This document shows positions 1 to 15,582 of a DNA stretch of 64,000 nt, one piece after another. The DNA is from Macrostomum lignano (Eukaryota), in the NCBI GenBank assembly GCA_002269645.1, contig NIVC01002676.1, positions 62,001 through 126,000 of the forward strand. The letters run 5' to 3'. Each line of letters begins with the position of its first letter. The first letter of the stretch is position 1. Under the pieces are notes generated by a model that was not told the origin of the DNA, ran no database searches, and was given only the letters and a program-made list of their open reading frames with translations. The position numbers were made by a program, and so were the translations under genes.

Positions 1-997
1 GAGAGGGAGGTACATTTATATCAAGCTCAGGAAGGAAGAGGAGCAAAGCTTTCTGCACCGATGGATTATCGAATTCGGGTCGCATGACTGCAATTCTTCG
101 TGTTGCTGCCCAGCCGAGTCCCCATCATTTTAGCTCGCAACATATAATCATCTACATGTATTCGTCCGGCTGATAAAATGGTATTGCTGACATCAACCTG
201 TAGCTCGTTGTAGCTGATTTACGAGCCACGATCGTGCAAAAACTTAAAATATTTGACTCTAATAATAACCGTTACTTCGCACGTAGCCATCTCTCCCGTG
301 AACTATCGGCCAACTCTGTTTGTATCCGGTGTTGAAGGCAAGCTGACAGATTTTTAGACCTCAATGTAATTTCTGTCATTAAAACTACATCAGGCTCTCC
401 TTTGTCTATTGAACCTTCTGCAATTAAGGAAATGGTTTATCATACAGCAATTCGAAGTTCCCGACGTTATACGCAAAGACCACTGTAGTCCTTGGTCATA
501 CGCCGGCTAAACATCGGTGCAATGTAAAAGCAAATATTTGTTGGCGATGTCTTAATTGCTGTACAGGTTTACTGCTAGTTAGTCCTTTTTGCTTTTGATC
601 CGATGTTGATGTGACTTATGTAGCAGGAAAATTCGTCATTTATTCGAGCCTAAACGGTATATAAGAAACATTTTTTACGGTAAAAAAAGGCAATAGAAAC
701 GTGTGTTCGGGCAGGTTCTAATATGGGTTTCAACAACAAACGTACGTTGTATGAAATGGTGCCAATACTACTGTGTACTGTATTTATGCAGTTTAGATAA
801 AACTGCAGCTGTCACGATCGAATAATTTATTGAAGGATTCATTCGTCACCTTCTTTTATCGAATTCGAATTGGCGCATGGGTTGATAAAAATTGCTTTTT
901 TAGTCTAAAGCATTAATAATAATATAATAATAATTGACTACACCCGGCCCAATTGGGCCAGATGTGCAAACGAAAGCTCCGCCGCAGCTATTGCGCG

Positions 998-1231
998 GCG
1001 CATCTGAAGGCTACGTACGGCTGTTCAGTCCAAGGACTGGCATGGGGGTCACCACCCACACCCTCAATTACCCCAGCTAAAGCTGGCACCCATTTTACAG
1101 CTGGGTGAACTGAAGCAATGCAGAGTTAGTTGTCTTGCTCGAGGACACAAATTGTTCCAGTGGGATCGGGAATCGAACCCCCGACCTTCAAGTCGTGAGT
1201 CCAACGCTCTGACCACTAGGCTACAACCCCC
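998..1231 (-). mobile_element. tRNA-derived SINE (family A) with CORE/Meta-like central domain
   Basis: Minus strand begins GGGGGTTGTAGCCTAGTGGTCAGAGCG (A box) and has GGTTCGATTCCC (B box). Then GTGTCCTCGAGCAAGACAACTAACTCTGCATTGCTTCAGTTCACCCAGCTGTAAAATGGG, which resembles the MIR CORE/Meta domain. Second copy at 37427-37941. Confidence 0.85.
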
Positions 1232-2476
1232 TTAGGTTAGTGCATATAGTCTACAAAAAGTCTTATTTAAAGAAGCTTAATTACAAAGTTAAAGAAATCT
1301 GTGTAGTTTCTGCTGGATGTCATTCTTCGGTTTTTTCGATCTAAACATGGATTGTATATATTTATTAGACTGCCGGTTTCAAAGCAGATAAAAATTTTTG
1401 TAGGAGCTGTTTGTCGTACATGATGTGACGAAGAAATATATCCAAGTGTCCATTAGTTGAATTCATTTTGGCGAAATATTTGTATCGGGATGCGACACTC
1501 GAATACACAGCAAAATTATTTGAAGGCCCGCGTCGCTTGTTTATGTTTATTCTAGCGATGCTTGCCCTCAAAAAGCATTCTATTCGACTGGTTGTATTGT
1601 ATATTTTTTAAAACTTTAACCTGTTACATGTAACACTACATATTTAAAATGTTTATGTCATAACGTACGCAGCTTTTATTTTCTGACTGCCAGAAACATT
1701 GCGTATGTAGCCAAATACTCTTACTGTACGCCTGCCGTTTCTACATGTGCATGGATGTATAGATATACATAATTAGGATAAACTTTGCGTCATAATAAAG
1801 AGAAAAAATGTTTCAAACAAGCTTTGGCGAAAAATATCATTTTAAGTTTTATTGATCAAGAGTTATGAGAATTCAAATTTGAGCCGCAATGCAAAAAGCG
1901 GGCCTTCTACAAATAATTTTGAAATATTTACGAGTGTTGCGCCCCGATACAACGGTAACTTCTAGTGGGTCCTCGTTTGTACTTAGCTAACTTTAACAAT
2001 GCATGTATGACAGGCAAAACATGCATATATCTAGAAAAAGCACACCTTTATTTTAGGGCATCTTTAAAACAAAGGACTACTATATATAACTGTATGTATA
2101 CAGTGGTCCTTGTTTAAAACATGACACTAGTACCACTGGCATAATAACCGTAAGTCACTATTTCGTGTGATGCATTTAGACAAAAATTGCACGTAATAAA
2201 ATTTCTTCGTGTTGTATTTTTGTTCTAATTAAAAGTATTTAATTACAGTTTTAAAAACATTAACGGCGTAGGATTTGCTTAGAGTACTGTAGTATTTCCT
2301 CAGCAAGATAGAAGTTTTGTTATTATTAGTGTGTGCTTCAGTAGAAACTACGTTTTTTAGATTAGAATTCTTCACTAATATTGACTCAATAAATTTACGA
2401 GCGCGCATTTTAATACTTCCGACTGGGATATTATATCAGTTTCTTATACCCTTAGATTAGAAAAATATAGAATTCA

Positions 2477-5400
2477 ATGTCGTTAACGAGCCATCAAATT
2501 GCATCGATTGCTCAGTCATCCATTAAAGGCCCAGCTACATTTAATGCTTCACAAAGTTGTCACAAGAAAAAATATGGAGCTCAGTCTAAAACACAAGAAG
2601 GGGAAAATGTTTCGCCTTACAAGGTTCAAGATGCAATTCATTCTATATTAGAAAAATCAGGTGGAGACTTGGAAAAGGTTTGTTACAGATCAGTTATTAT
2701 TTTTATGCATTAACTCGATTTTTTTAATACTTAACATTTCTAATATCTAACTTCGATACTTATTTTATTTTGATATTGACATTTATTTTGACTTCGATTT
2801 TATTTTGAAATTGCTCCTTACGACTTAGAATTAGAACATAGAATCCTTTTTTAATATTTATCTGTTTATCTTATAGCATTTAGTTTTTTACATGCATCTG
2901 TACACATAGAGTAAATATTGAATCAGTTGCTTGTTACTTTTATAGTTGTTGTTGCATAATTTGATTAAAATAACCTTTTAGAACATTAATTCAGGTTATG
3001 TTCTAAAGAAAGTTATTACTGGGTTTCTATAAAATAAAATTGTATAAATTTAAGTATTTTTTCAAACCTGAACTAAATCTTTTATAAAACTAAAACAAAT
3101 CAAGCTTAAAATTTAAATGCATTTTTATTGTAATCATAACTTATTTCTTTGAAAATCACTGCCGATAGGCTTCGCAGCTTCTCGACGAGCGTCTAAGCGT
3201 TGCCAACCGAATGATTCGCGAGCTCTCCGAGTCCGGCGACTCCCTCAGCCACGAAGAGTTCCGGCAGCGAATGCGTCTGCTGAAATCGCAGCATCGCAAC
3301 ACTGTCGAGATGACGGAGGACCTGCGAGCGGCAGCCAAAAACGGGGCCGGCCGCTCCGTTGCCTTCGATGATTCGAAGAAGCCGCCGTTGCCACCGTCAG
3401 CTGGCCACGGAGGGTCGGCGAGGCGGGGAGGCCAGCCAGCTGCTGAGAATAACGAGGAAGAGGTTGGTGAAAGAAAAGTACACGTAGCTGAGGACAGAGC
3501 ATGGACCACTGGGCAAAAGGAGGCAGGAAGTATAGTGCCAATGTACTATAATCTAGTGTTTGGCGCCATTGGTCACTACAGGCAATTGTGCACTAAAGTT
3601 GTAAAACCCTAAAGACACGGAGTCCTGAGTAAAAAATCCTGGCAAGAGGACGAAGAGACGAAGCGACAACGTTTGGCCATGGACTCTGCTAGAGTAGGGC
3701 TTGGCCATAGACAATGCTTAGAGTGGGGTTTGGCCATAGACAATTGGCTTTGGTTTCTCTATTGACACTGCTACAGTTGGGTTTGCGCATGATTTGCCAT
3801 AGACACCGTTGTAGCATGTACCCTGTAGCGGGGCTTGACCATAGAAACTTCTACGAGCTACGTTATTTAAGTTCGATTTATGGAAAGAATATGTTGGTCT
3901 CACAACCGATTATCCTTTAGAGTGTGGTCATGTTAATGGCCTCACAACTGTCATTTTTATCAAGACAGAAAATCTTTAGCTCCTACGAGCGTACTAACAG
4001 CAGTAAGCAGAATTCTACAATTCTCGATTTACATAAAATTCGTAGGCCCGCGCTCATCAGGAGCAGCAGGAGCAGCTGCGCAGTCGTGTCAAGGCGCTCT
4101 GGTCCGACTTCGACGTGCACAACTCGCGCAGTCAGCGGCCCCGCCGATCCGCCTCCTTGGACCGTGGTGGCGTCGCTCTCAGACGGCCAGGATCGGCGGC
4201 TTCGGCACCGGGCGACCGGCGGCGCCACTCCGGCGCCATCGCTCAATTTCGGCGCCGTCGCGGAGGCAGCCAGAGCGGCGGCGCGTCGGACGACGACAGA
4301 GTCTCGCTTGACGACTCCGAGTTCGACGACTTCGAGGACGGTTCGTCGTGGCGACACCGGGTGACTATTCCTCGGCCCTTCAGCATGACACTGCGGGAGG
4401 AGGCGGCGGCCGATGGCGAGGCCGGTCAGCAGCAGCAGTTGCGCAAGTCGCGCTCGATGCGCATTGTTGAAGCCGACGTTCAGCGGCAGCGCGAGGCGCA
4501 GGAGGCAGAGTGCCGCGTGCGGCCGCGGGCAGCGCCGGTACCGGCACACGTGTACCAGCCGTTGCTGCGCGAGCTCGAACAGCAGCGCGAGGAGCGTCGG
4601 CGCCAGGTGCGCGAGCACAGCGCCGAACTGTTGCGCGCCACAGAGCGGCCGTTCAGTTTCACGAAGCGCGAGGCCGAACGAAAGCGGCAGGGCCGAGAGC
4701 GCGCCACCGAGGCGGACAAGCGGCGCGGCTATCACCGGAGCGCCTCTGGCGACCGGGAGTCGACGGTGATCTGCGCCAAACCGGCGCCGGCGAGCTGCTC
4801 AGCTGAGCGCGCCAGGTGAGTAACGGAAGACGGAAGACAAATGAAGATCGCGAAATCGTGAAATGGTGAAAGTCATAAAATGTAAAGAAAGTTTCAAAAC
4901 TTCTGTCAAAGCTTGCTCATAGAAAGATATCACAGCGAATCCTAAAAAATATCTACTTGAAGTAGCAAAAAAACGTAGAATGCTAGCATAGGGTGACAAG
5001 TAAAGCAGATTTTGTTTCCAGTTGGCAGTTTTGGCTTGTGACCATAGACAAACTTGTCTTATCAAATGTCCTAGACCAGAGTTCGGCCAATGTTTTTACC
5101 TCAAAAGCCAGAGAAGGTATCCAGCTCATGGCTGCTGGCTAGGTGAGAGAGGAAAGGAGAGGTAATAGAAAATAAGAGATAAGAGGGGAGAGGAGGGCCA
5201 GAGATGGGATGAGAGATGAAATAAAATAAGAGATAAGGTAAGAGGAGAAAAGTGGGGAGGGAGAGAGAAGAGATGAGGAAAAGAGAGGAGAGGAGAGTGG
5301 AGAGGGAAGAGTAGAGAAAAGGATAGAGGAGACGAGATAATAGGAGAAAGGAGAGAGGAGAGGAGAGAGGAGTGAAGAGAGAAGTGGAGAGAGGAGAGAG

Positions 5401-8400
5401 GAGAGGAGAAGAGAAAGGAGACGAGAGAAGAGAGAGAGGAGAGAAGAGAGAAGAGAGGAGTGAAGAGAGAAGTAGAGAGAGAAGAGAGGAGAGGAGAGAG
5501 GAGAGGAGAGAGGATGAGAGAGGAGAGGAGAGAGGAGAGGAGAGAGGATGGGAGAGGAGAGAGGAGAGGAGAAGAGAAAGAAGACAAGAGAAGAGAGAGA
5601 GAGGAGAGAAGAGAAAGAGAGCTGAGACGAGACAAAAACATTGAGCGGGCCGGATTGCCATTGGGAAGTTTCAAAGGACCCCGAGGGCCAGATAGAGAGG
5701 CTTCGCGGGCCGCATGTAGCCCGCGTGCCGGAGTGTGCCGACTCTGTCTAAGAAATTGGCTATTTTGGTCGTGACTGCACGTGGAACATCCAGTTAGTGT
5801 TTTAGCATCTCCGACGATGACCAACCAACGTCCGTTTGTACTTTTTTTTAAATCCAGGCAGCTTCGCGCCGAGGCGGAACTTCGTCGCGAACAGGCTCGC
5901 GCCAGATCCGAGGCCAATCTGCGCCGAGCGGCGTTGCCAGGCAACATGGCGCAGCGCCAGCGCAGCATGGAGGCTCGGCGGGACGCCCGACTGGCTGCCG
6001 CCGCCTCGAGCTCGACCAGAGGCCAATCAGCGGCGGCTGTAGGTCGCGACGTGCCCGATTTTGATCGGCTGCACAGACAGTTCGAGCTCGGCATGCTGGA
6101 ACGGCAAGCTGGCGTCCGGGTGACGCGGCCGGAGCCGTTCCGACTGCTCACTCAGCAGCGGGCCAAGGTGGCTCAGGTGCGCGAGCGTCCATTGGGATAC
6201 TTTGATTGGTGTCATCATAGTCGTGGGCGAGGGGCTTTTGCGCCATCTAAATGATAAATTTACTTGGTCTATGGTCAAACCGCAATTCAACAATGCCTAT
6301 AAATGGTTAAACCTCACACCAGAAGTGTCTATGGTCAAACCCCAATCCAGCAGTATCTGTGGTCAAACCCTATTTCAGCAGTATCTATGGTCAAACCCCA
6401 ATCCAGCAGTATCTGTGGTCAAACCCTATTTCAGCAGTGTCTATAGATGGTCAAACTCCAATCCAGCAGTATCTGTGGTCAAACCCTATTTCAGCAGTGT
6501 CTATAGATGGTCAAACTCCAATCCAGCAGTATCTGTGGTCAAACCCTATTTCAGCAGTGTCTATAGATGGTCAAACTCCAATCCAGCAGTATCTGTGGTC
6601 AAACCCTATTTCAGCAGTGTCTATAGATGGTCAAACTCCAATCCAGCGGTGTCTATAGATGGCCAAACTCTAATCCAGCAGTGTCTATGGTCAAACCCCA
6701 ATCAAGCAGTGTCTATGGTCAAACCCCAATCCAGTAAGTGTCTATGGTCAAACCCCAATCCAGTAAGTGTCTATGGTCAAACCCCAATCCAGCAGTGCCT
6801 ATAGATGGCCAAACCCCAATCTGACAGTGTCTGTGGCTATACCCCACTCTGGCGGTATGTCTATGGCCAAACCCCACTCCACTAGTGTCCATGAAGAACT
6901 ATACTACTATCCCACAAGTGTCTATGGCAAGACCCAATTCACTGTCCATAATGACTAAGTGCCATACCACTGTCTATGGTCGAACCCTATTCCAGGAGCA
7001 CACGGAGAAGTGCCTAGCTAGCGACCAAGACCCCAAGGCTAATCGTACTCTGTACGATTTCTCTCTTCGCTACCCGACCGACCCGGCTGACGAAGCTGAA
7101 TCTTCGGAGGCGGCCGCCACGGAGGCGGCTGCGGAGCGGGAGCGGCAGCGTCAGGCTGAGTTGAAACGGTGAAGCAAATAAAACAAATAATTAAATACTT
7201 TTATATATAAATTTGAATGCACTCACTCCTTTACTGAAAGTAGTGTGATTTGAGAATTGCTACTATTGCGTTTTTTTGCTACTTATTTTATCCAGCGTCA
7301 ATCCGGAGGGCGCATATCAGGAGAAGCTGAGAGAGCTGGATCGCAAGATGAAGGAGAGGGACCTGCTGATTGCGGAACAGTCTAAGGTGAGTCTAAATCT
7401 CATCAGTGTCTATCCCGATCTCAATGAGATCTCACCAGTATCTATCCCGATCTGACTGAGATCTCTTCAGTATCTATCTCGATTTCAATGAGATCTCATC
7501 AGTATCTACGCCGATCTCAATGAGATCTCATCGGCCTCCGCCTCGATCTCACTCCTCCACCGCAGCTGATCGCGCAGCAGAACGCTTGCGCCAGATACCG
7601 CCAGAGCCTCCTTCAAGCCGGTGTAGAGCCAGCGAGGATCGCAGCTTTGGTTCGGGCCTATCGAGAGCGCGAACTCGCGACCTTCGGCGGCGCCGGTGGA
7701 GATGACGAAAGAAGCGAATATTTTAATGACGGATTTTCGTCGGGTGAGTTGCTCAGAGACAGAGAGTGAGAGTGACATAGAATGTCGCAAAGAGTGATAG
7801 TGAGTGACAGAGAGTAAGGGCGATAGAAAGTGATATAGAGAGTGACATAGAGAGTGACATAGAGTGATAGAGACACGGAGAATGGCAAAGAGTGACTTGA
7901 AAAGAGTGATAGAGAGTAAAAGTGACCTAAAGAATAAGAGGGACAGCAGATGTCACAGAGCGACATAGAGTGACAAAGAAGGACACAGAGAGTGACATAG
8001 AGAGTGACACAGAGAGTGACATAGAGAGTGACATAGAAAGTGACATAGGGAGTGACATAGCGAGTAACATAGACAGTGACAGAGAGTGACATAGCGAGTG
8101 ACATAGAGAGAGAAATAGCGAGTGACATAGAGAGAGAAATAGCGAGTGACATAGTGACAGAGAGTGACATAGAGAGTGACAGGGGGTGACATAGAGAGTG
8201 ACATAAAGAGTGACATAGCGAGTGATATAGAGAGTGACATAGAGAGTGACATAAAGAGTGAAATAGCGAGTGACATAGAGAGTGACATAAAGAGTGACAT
8301 AGCGAGTGACATAGAGAGAGAAATAGCGAGTGACATAGAGAGAGAAATAGCGAGTGACATAGCGAGTGACATAGAGAGTGACATAGAGAGTGACATAAAG

Positions 8401-8682
8401 AGTGAAATAGCGAGTGAAATAGAGAGTGACATAGCGAGTGACATACTCGTAGTGACAGAGAGTGACATAGAGAGTGACAGAGGGTGACATCAAGAAAAAC
8501 GGCCAGCATCAGCCAACGCAGTAAAGTAAACTTTTTTTCAACTCTGCTTCGGCATTACAGTTCCCAATGAGAGCGAGATGGATGATGACGAACAGCGCAG
8601 AGGGATGCTGGACGAGACCAGGTTCGGCGCTCCCAGCCCAGTGCCGCCTGGCCGGTCTGAGGGCTGGAAATTCTGGGCTTGA
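2477..8682 (+). CDS. FAM161A: FAM161-family (UPF0564) ciliary/centrosomal protein, about 715 aa, 8 exons
   Basis: Exons 2477-2677, 3169-3462, 4046-4815, 5858-6176 (or 6167), 6996-7168, 7296-7386, 7566-7743, 8561-8682. All introns are GT-AG and phase-compatible. Motifs [67 protein letters not shown] match FAM161A/B. The A versus B paralogue cannot be resolved. Confidence 0.85.
5135..5635. repeat. GA-rich purine tract in FAM161 intron 3
   Basis: Degenerate (GAGAG/GGAGA)n. Explains the spurious E/R-rich and S/L-rich ORFs. Confidence 0.9.
6265..6985. repeat. Minisatellite in FAM161 intron 4 (core GTCTATGGTCAAACCCCAATCCAGCAGT; 60-bp higher-order period)
   Basis: Lines 6421, 6481 and 6541 are identical; the flanks are degenerate copies. 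Confidence 0.9.
7755..8490. repeat. AGAGTGACAT(AG) 10-12-bp tandem array in FAM161 intron 7
   Basis: Direct inspection. The array starts just after the GTGAGT donor at 7744. Confidence 0.9.
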
Positions 8683-9254
8683 GCAAATCGTGAGCGGCTA
8701 TAAAAGTAAGGACAATAGAATGGTCCAAGCTTCTGTTGTACTAAATTGAAAATGTCTCACATCCAGGACTTCAGGCAAATGATTTGCATGCCTGACGATT
8801 AGAAAGTCAGGGCACCCTGTGCGAGCGTTCCTACGTACAGTATTAACGCTTGTACGTAAAACATAATTCCAGAATGTGAGATATTAGGGAATTTAGTGCT
8901 AAAAAATTCGAAACTTCTGCTTCAGCTCTCCATGGATTGAACCGACTGAACTGCTCTGCTTTCGCACCTTTTGTGCTGAGTGTAAAACTCACCAAATCTG
9001 TTTTGTACAATTGCTGTGTTCAACTTTTTAAATTTAACTATTCTACGTATCTGACAGATACTACTGATAGCAAGTAGAAACTCTAGAGTAGGATTTGATC
9101 ATGATTATTTATTTTTGTGTTTGTCTTGTCTCTGCATTTACACTCTCATGGCTATATAAATTGCACGAGGCACCTCTGTTTGATCTTTTTTCTTTCAAAA
9201 TCTACATAAGAACGTGATGACGGGCAGATAGTTGAGTGATACCGACGTATAAAG

Positions 9255-10260
9255 GGTGAGACTGACACAGACAGTAAGAGTGACACAGACAGTGAGAGTG
9301 ACACAGACAGTGAGAGTGACACAGACAGTGAGAGTGACACAGACAGTGAGAGTGACACAGACAGTGAGAGTGACACAGACAGTGAGAGTGACACAGACAG
9401 TGAGAGTGATACAGACAGTGAGAGTGACACAGACAGTGAGAGTGACACAGACAGTGAGAGTGACACAGACAGTGAGAGTGACACAGACAGTGAGAGTGAC
9501 ACAGACAGTGAGAGTGACACAGACAGTGAGAGTGACACAGACAGTGAGAGTGACACAGACAGTGAGAGTGACACAGACAGTGAGAGTGATACAGAGAGTG
9601 AGAGTGACACAGACAGTAAGAGTGACACAGACAGTGAGAGTGACACAGACAGTGAGAGTGACACAGACAGTGAGAGTGACACAGACAGTGAGACTGACAC
9701 AGACAGTGAGACTGACACAGACAGTGAGAGTGACACAGACAGTGAGAGTGACACAGACAGTGAGAGTGACACAGACAGTGAGAGTGACACAGACAGTGAG
9801 AGTGACACAGACAGTGAGAGTGACACAGACAGTGAGAGTGACACAGACAGTGAGAGTGACACAGACAGTGAGAGTGACACAGACAGTGAGACTGACACAG
9901 ACAGTGAGAGTGACACAGACAGTGAGAGTGACACAGACAGTGAGAGTGACACAGACAGTGAGAGTGACACAGACAGTGAGAGTGACACAGAGTGAGAGTG
10001 ACACAGAGAGTGAGAGTGACACACAGAGTAAGAGTGACACAGAGAGTGAGAGTGACACAGAGAGTGAGAGTGACACACAGAGTAAGAGTGACACAGAGAG
10101 TGAGAGTGACACAGAGTGAGAGTGACACAGAGTGAGAGTGACACAGAGAGTGAGAGTGACACAGAGAGTGAAGTGACACAGAGTGAGAGTGACACAGAGT
10201 GAGAGTGGTACAGGGAGTGAGAGTGACATAGAGTGTGATTGTCAGGAGAGTGTGAGAGTT
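9255..10260. repeat. 18-bp minisatellite AGTGACACAGACAGTGAG
   Basis: About 55 near-perfect units that degenerate at the right end. Confidence 0.95.
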
Positions 10261-10754
10261 CACAGGAGACATGTGAATGAGAGATTCAGTGTCCGTTAGC
10301 AGCCGTCAGGGATCCAGAAAGGTTCAATCGAGCTGTTAAGGTGTTAGTCTATATTAACATCGGCTTCAGTGACTAATTATTTTGTGCTTGCAATAATTAT
10401 TTTGGAGCTGAAGCACAATGTCCTTCCTCTTCTATGCGAAATTAGATTTTAGGATATTGATTTTACGGTAAAATATGCACACACTTCAAGCTGTGATTGA
10501 AGTAATATTTAATTTCTTTTCCGTTCAACTGGAGTGAACAAATTTAAAACAAATTCTCTGTCAAGTTTTCAATATTATTCATGCGTGAAAGCGATTGAAC
10601 AGTCAATGTAAACCTTTCTAAGAAATACAAAACCTGCTATCTGACATTACTTCACTAAGCGTCTTTTTTTAAACGCTTAGCTCAGCACATTTTGTCGAAT
10701 TCACTGGTACTGTTCTATCATTTCTCACTGATTTATACTCTTATAAATCAGTGT

Positions 10755-13052
<2,298 letters not shown>

Positions 13053-13993
13053 GGTATTAAGTCGTAGTACAAACAGTATATTTCGACAAAGTCTGAATAG
13101 TTTATTCGGCAACGCAAAGCAGTCAGACAAACAGGAAGGCATGCAATTATTTCCCATAGCAACAATTAGCGCGCCAGAGTGCCACAAAGTTCTCATCAAA
13201 TGGCGCCACTGATAGCATGGGCTGTCTCGGCTGCGAATCGTTTCGCCTGCAATTTCGAAGCCGTCTTCCGCTGGTTGCCAATCGGCTTCGAGAAAATTAC
13301 GGCGCTCAGCAGATTTGCAACGTCATGCGAAATCACTGCGCTTGCGTTTGGCAAAGCGTTAAGTGATTTTTAAAAATAGAAACGGGGAGAGAATGAGGGG
13401 TGAACAAGATGACGCACTGTATTGATAAGCTTGGCTGGGATTTTTTTGTCTGAGCTGAAATATCTGAAATATAATGATAGGAAATGTCTCTCATGCCCCG
13501 TGCCAGACTGTACCAGCCTGCCTCGCACTGACCCACTGCTATCTCGCCCTCTCTCCTCTTATCTATCAGGTGTTCCCACTGGAAGATAAGCTACTCAAAA
13601 TTGGAGCAGTGGTCGGGTCCAACCCGCACTGCCCCCTGGCACGAAAATTTGGTAGAGGGTGTTTTTTAATGTCCCTCAATTTCACGGCCTGGTACGGCCT
13701 CAGCCGTTTAAAGTGCAAACTTACTTTACTTAAGAGGTCAATCGTCGTTGTTCTGTTATTTTAATCAATACAAATAAGTAATGAAAATGCTGAACTAACT
13801 ACTTTAGGCCAACCTTTCCTGATAGCTTCCTGAAACCACTTCTTACCCAGGTAATGTGAGACAATTCTCACTTTTATTGCCTACAGAGGTCCGTAGCCCA
13901 AACTCTCGAAGGGGGGATTAACAGTACTTAAAGTCTTCTTCTGCGCGGTAAAGACAGTGTCACACAAATATAAATAAGATTTATCAGATCCGA

Positions 13994-14953
13994 TCAGTTC
14001 CTTTTCTTTTCCTTGTCGGGCACCAGCTCGCCGTTCTCGGTGCCGCCCATCAGCTCCGTGGCGTGCTTGTTGATCCGCTGACCGCGCCGCCTCTCCTCCC
14101 AGGCCAGCAGCCGTTTGCCTTTGACGCCGCCGCCGGAGATGCCGGGGCAATCCCAGCCGAACAGCCGGTCCCAGGTGGAGAAGAACGGCTGGTAGTTGGT
14201 CAGCGGCTTCATGTGGTGCATGTCGTGCTTCGGGCCGCCGCCGTAAATTGGCAGCCATTTGTGCGGGAAGATTGGCAGGTCGTAGCCTGAGTGGGCCTCC
14301 ACGGACATGCCGACGTTCAGCAGCATGAAGCACCAGTAGGTCATTGGGTGGCACTCGAAGAACCAGCCGTCAATGGTGGTGAAGAAGCCGACGGTGACCA
14401 GCTCCCACGGGTGCAAGTACTGAGTGGTCCAGCCGAACGTGGCGTGGTACTGATGATGGATGGCGTGGAAGTTCTTGTACAGCCAGCGGTTCCGATGGTG
14501 CACCATGTGCCAGAACCAATACTGGAAGTCGAAGATCATCATCATGGCGACGCTCTGGTAGGCGAAGTCGTAGAACTTCGGGGCAAGCCTGGGGAAAGGC
14601 GTCGGCGGCACCCAGATCCACTGGGCGATCATGGTGGGCATGATGAACACGAGATTGTTGTACAGCGTCTTCAGAATCGCTTTGCGCATCATCGGCCAGG
14701 TCACCCGTTTTTCTGGCTGAATCTTGAATCGTTTCACGATTTCGAAGTCCTGGAAGTACAGGTCCACGATGGTGTAGGGGATGTTGCACAGGAAGTAGAA
14801 TCCCACGGACAGAAAGACGGGGAACAGTGGCGAGGTCATCCAGTCCTCGAAGCCGAGCCGCAGGTCCCAGACTGGCTGCAGAAACCGGTGCTGCGTGTCA
14901 TTCTCCTCCAGCAGCGAGAGGTTCCGGTCGCTCCTGAAGAACTTCAAGTCCAT
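13994..14953 (-). CDS. CH25H: Cholesterol 25-hydroxylase-like protein (fatty acid hydroxylase/sterol desaturase superfamily), 319 aa, intronless
   Basis: His boxes WHMVHH, HAIHH, EAHSGY, HDMHH. FLQPVWD...SPLFPV, TQYLHPWEL, CHPMT and NYQPFFSTWDRLFG parallel vertebrate CH25H. Kozak-like CACGCCATGG; minus-strand AATAAA near 13873. Confidence 0.85.
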   Translation of the reverse strand: MDLKFFRSDRNLSLLEENDTQHRFLQPVWDLRLGFEDWMTSPLFPVFLSVGFYFLCNIPYTIVDLYFQDFEIVKRFKIQPEKRVTWPMMRKAILKTLYNNLVFIMPTMIAQWIWVPPTPFPRLAPKFYDFAYQSVAMMMIFDFQYWFWHMVHHRNRWLYKNFHAIHHQYHATFGWTTQYLHPWELVTVGFFTTIDGWFFECHPMTYWCFMLLNVGMSVEAHSGYDLPIFPHKWLPIYGGGPKHDMHHMKPLTNYQPFFSTWDRLFGWDCPGISGGGVKGKRLLAWEERRRGQRINKHATELMGGTENGELVPDKEKKRN

Positions 14954-15582
14954 GGCGTGAAAACAGAGGTTAATTGCGCTGGAGTGACAGGCAAAGAGGG
15001 CAGTGGCGTCTTGCTATTTAAGCAGTTGGCAGCTTCAAATACAGGTGGGCCCAGCTACTAAAGTACTTCTCGCACCGAACTCAACACCTGTCTCTCCTTC
15101 ACTCATATCTGCATGCATGTAATATTTTTTATATTCGCAGCACCCCGCCCAGCCAATGCAGATTCTCCGTCACAGAAAAAAGATTTTTTTATTTTAGCCA
15201 ACCGTTCAACTGATAACGAAAGAATTTGAACTTGAGTTCTGAATCATTAATAGATACCTTATTAAACGTCTTACTTTTGCAAAGTTACTTTAAAAGTTTT
15301 TAGCTTGCAATAATTGTCATATTCTCTGCAATTTTATAATCTGTGTTGAAATAGCAGCATAGTTTTCAATTTGATTTCTGAAATTGATTTTTTACCTTAA
15401 TACCTCATTTTGCTGCAATATTCTCGCTTGAAAGTCTCCATTTACAGAGTTTCCACCCTGGTCTACTAATAGCAGTAATGCGAGATTTTTATGAGTTGAT
15501 AATTCAATACGACAACAAAAATTTATGAGCGCTTTTTCAATCACTCGTACCTACAGGAGGTCGAAATTGATCGAATGATGGA

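Noticed and set aside
2-133. Possible terminal exon of an upstream gene (RGRYIYIKLRKEEEQSFLHRWIIEFG…)
   Set aside because: Truncated by the window edge and no family recognised.
1170-1231. tRNA gene (also 29068-29130 and 37880-37941)
   Set aside because: A/B boxes are present but they continue into SINE bodies; no complete cloverleaf or acceptor stem.
9152-10272. Long ORFs of VRVTQT / CHSHCL / SLSV repeats resembling antifreeze or Cys/His-rich proteins
   Set aside because: All frames are open only because the 18-bp unit lacks stops; no unique domain and no credible start context.
14063-15061. Plus-strand ORFs of 75 and 256 aa over the CH25H-like gene
   Set aside because: Antisense shadows of a GC-rich coding sequence. 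The same applies to 3983-4735, 32654-33055 and 35220-36393.
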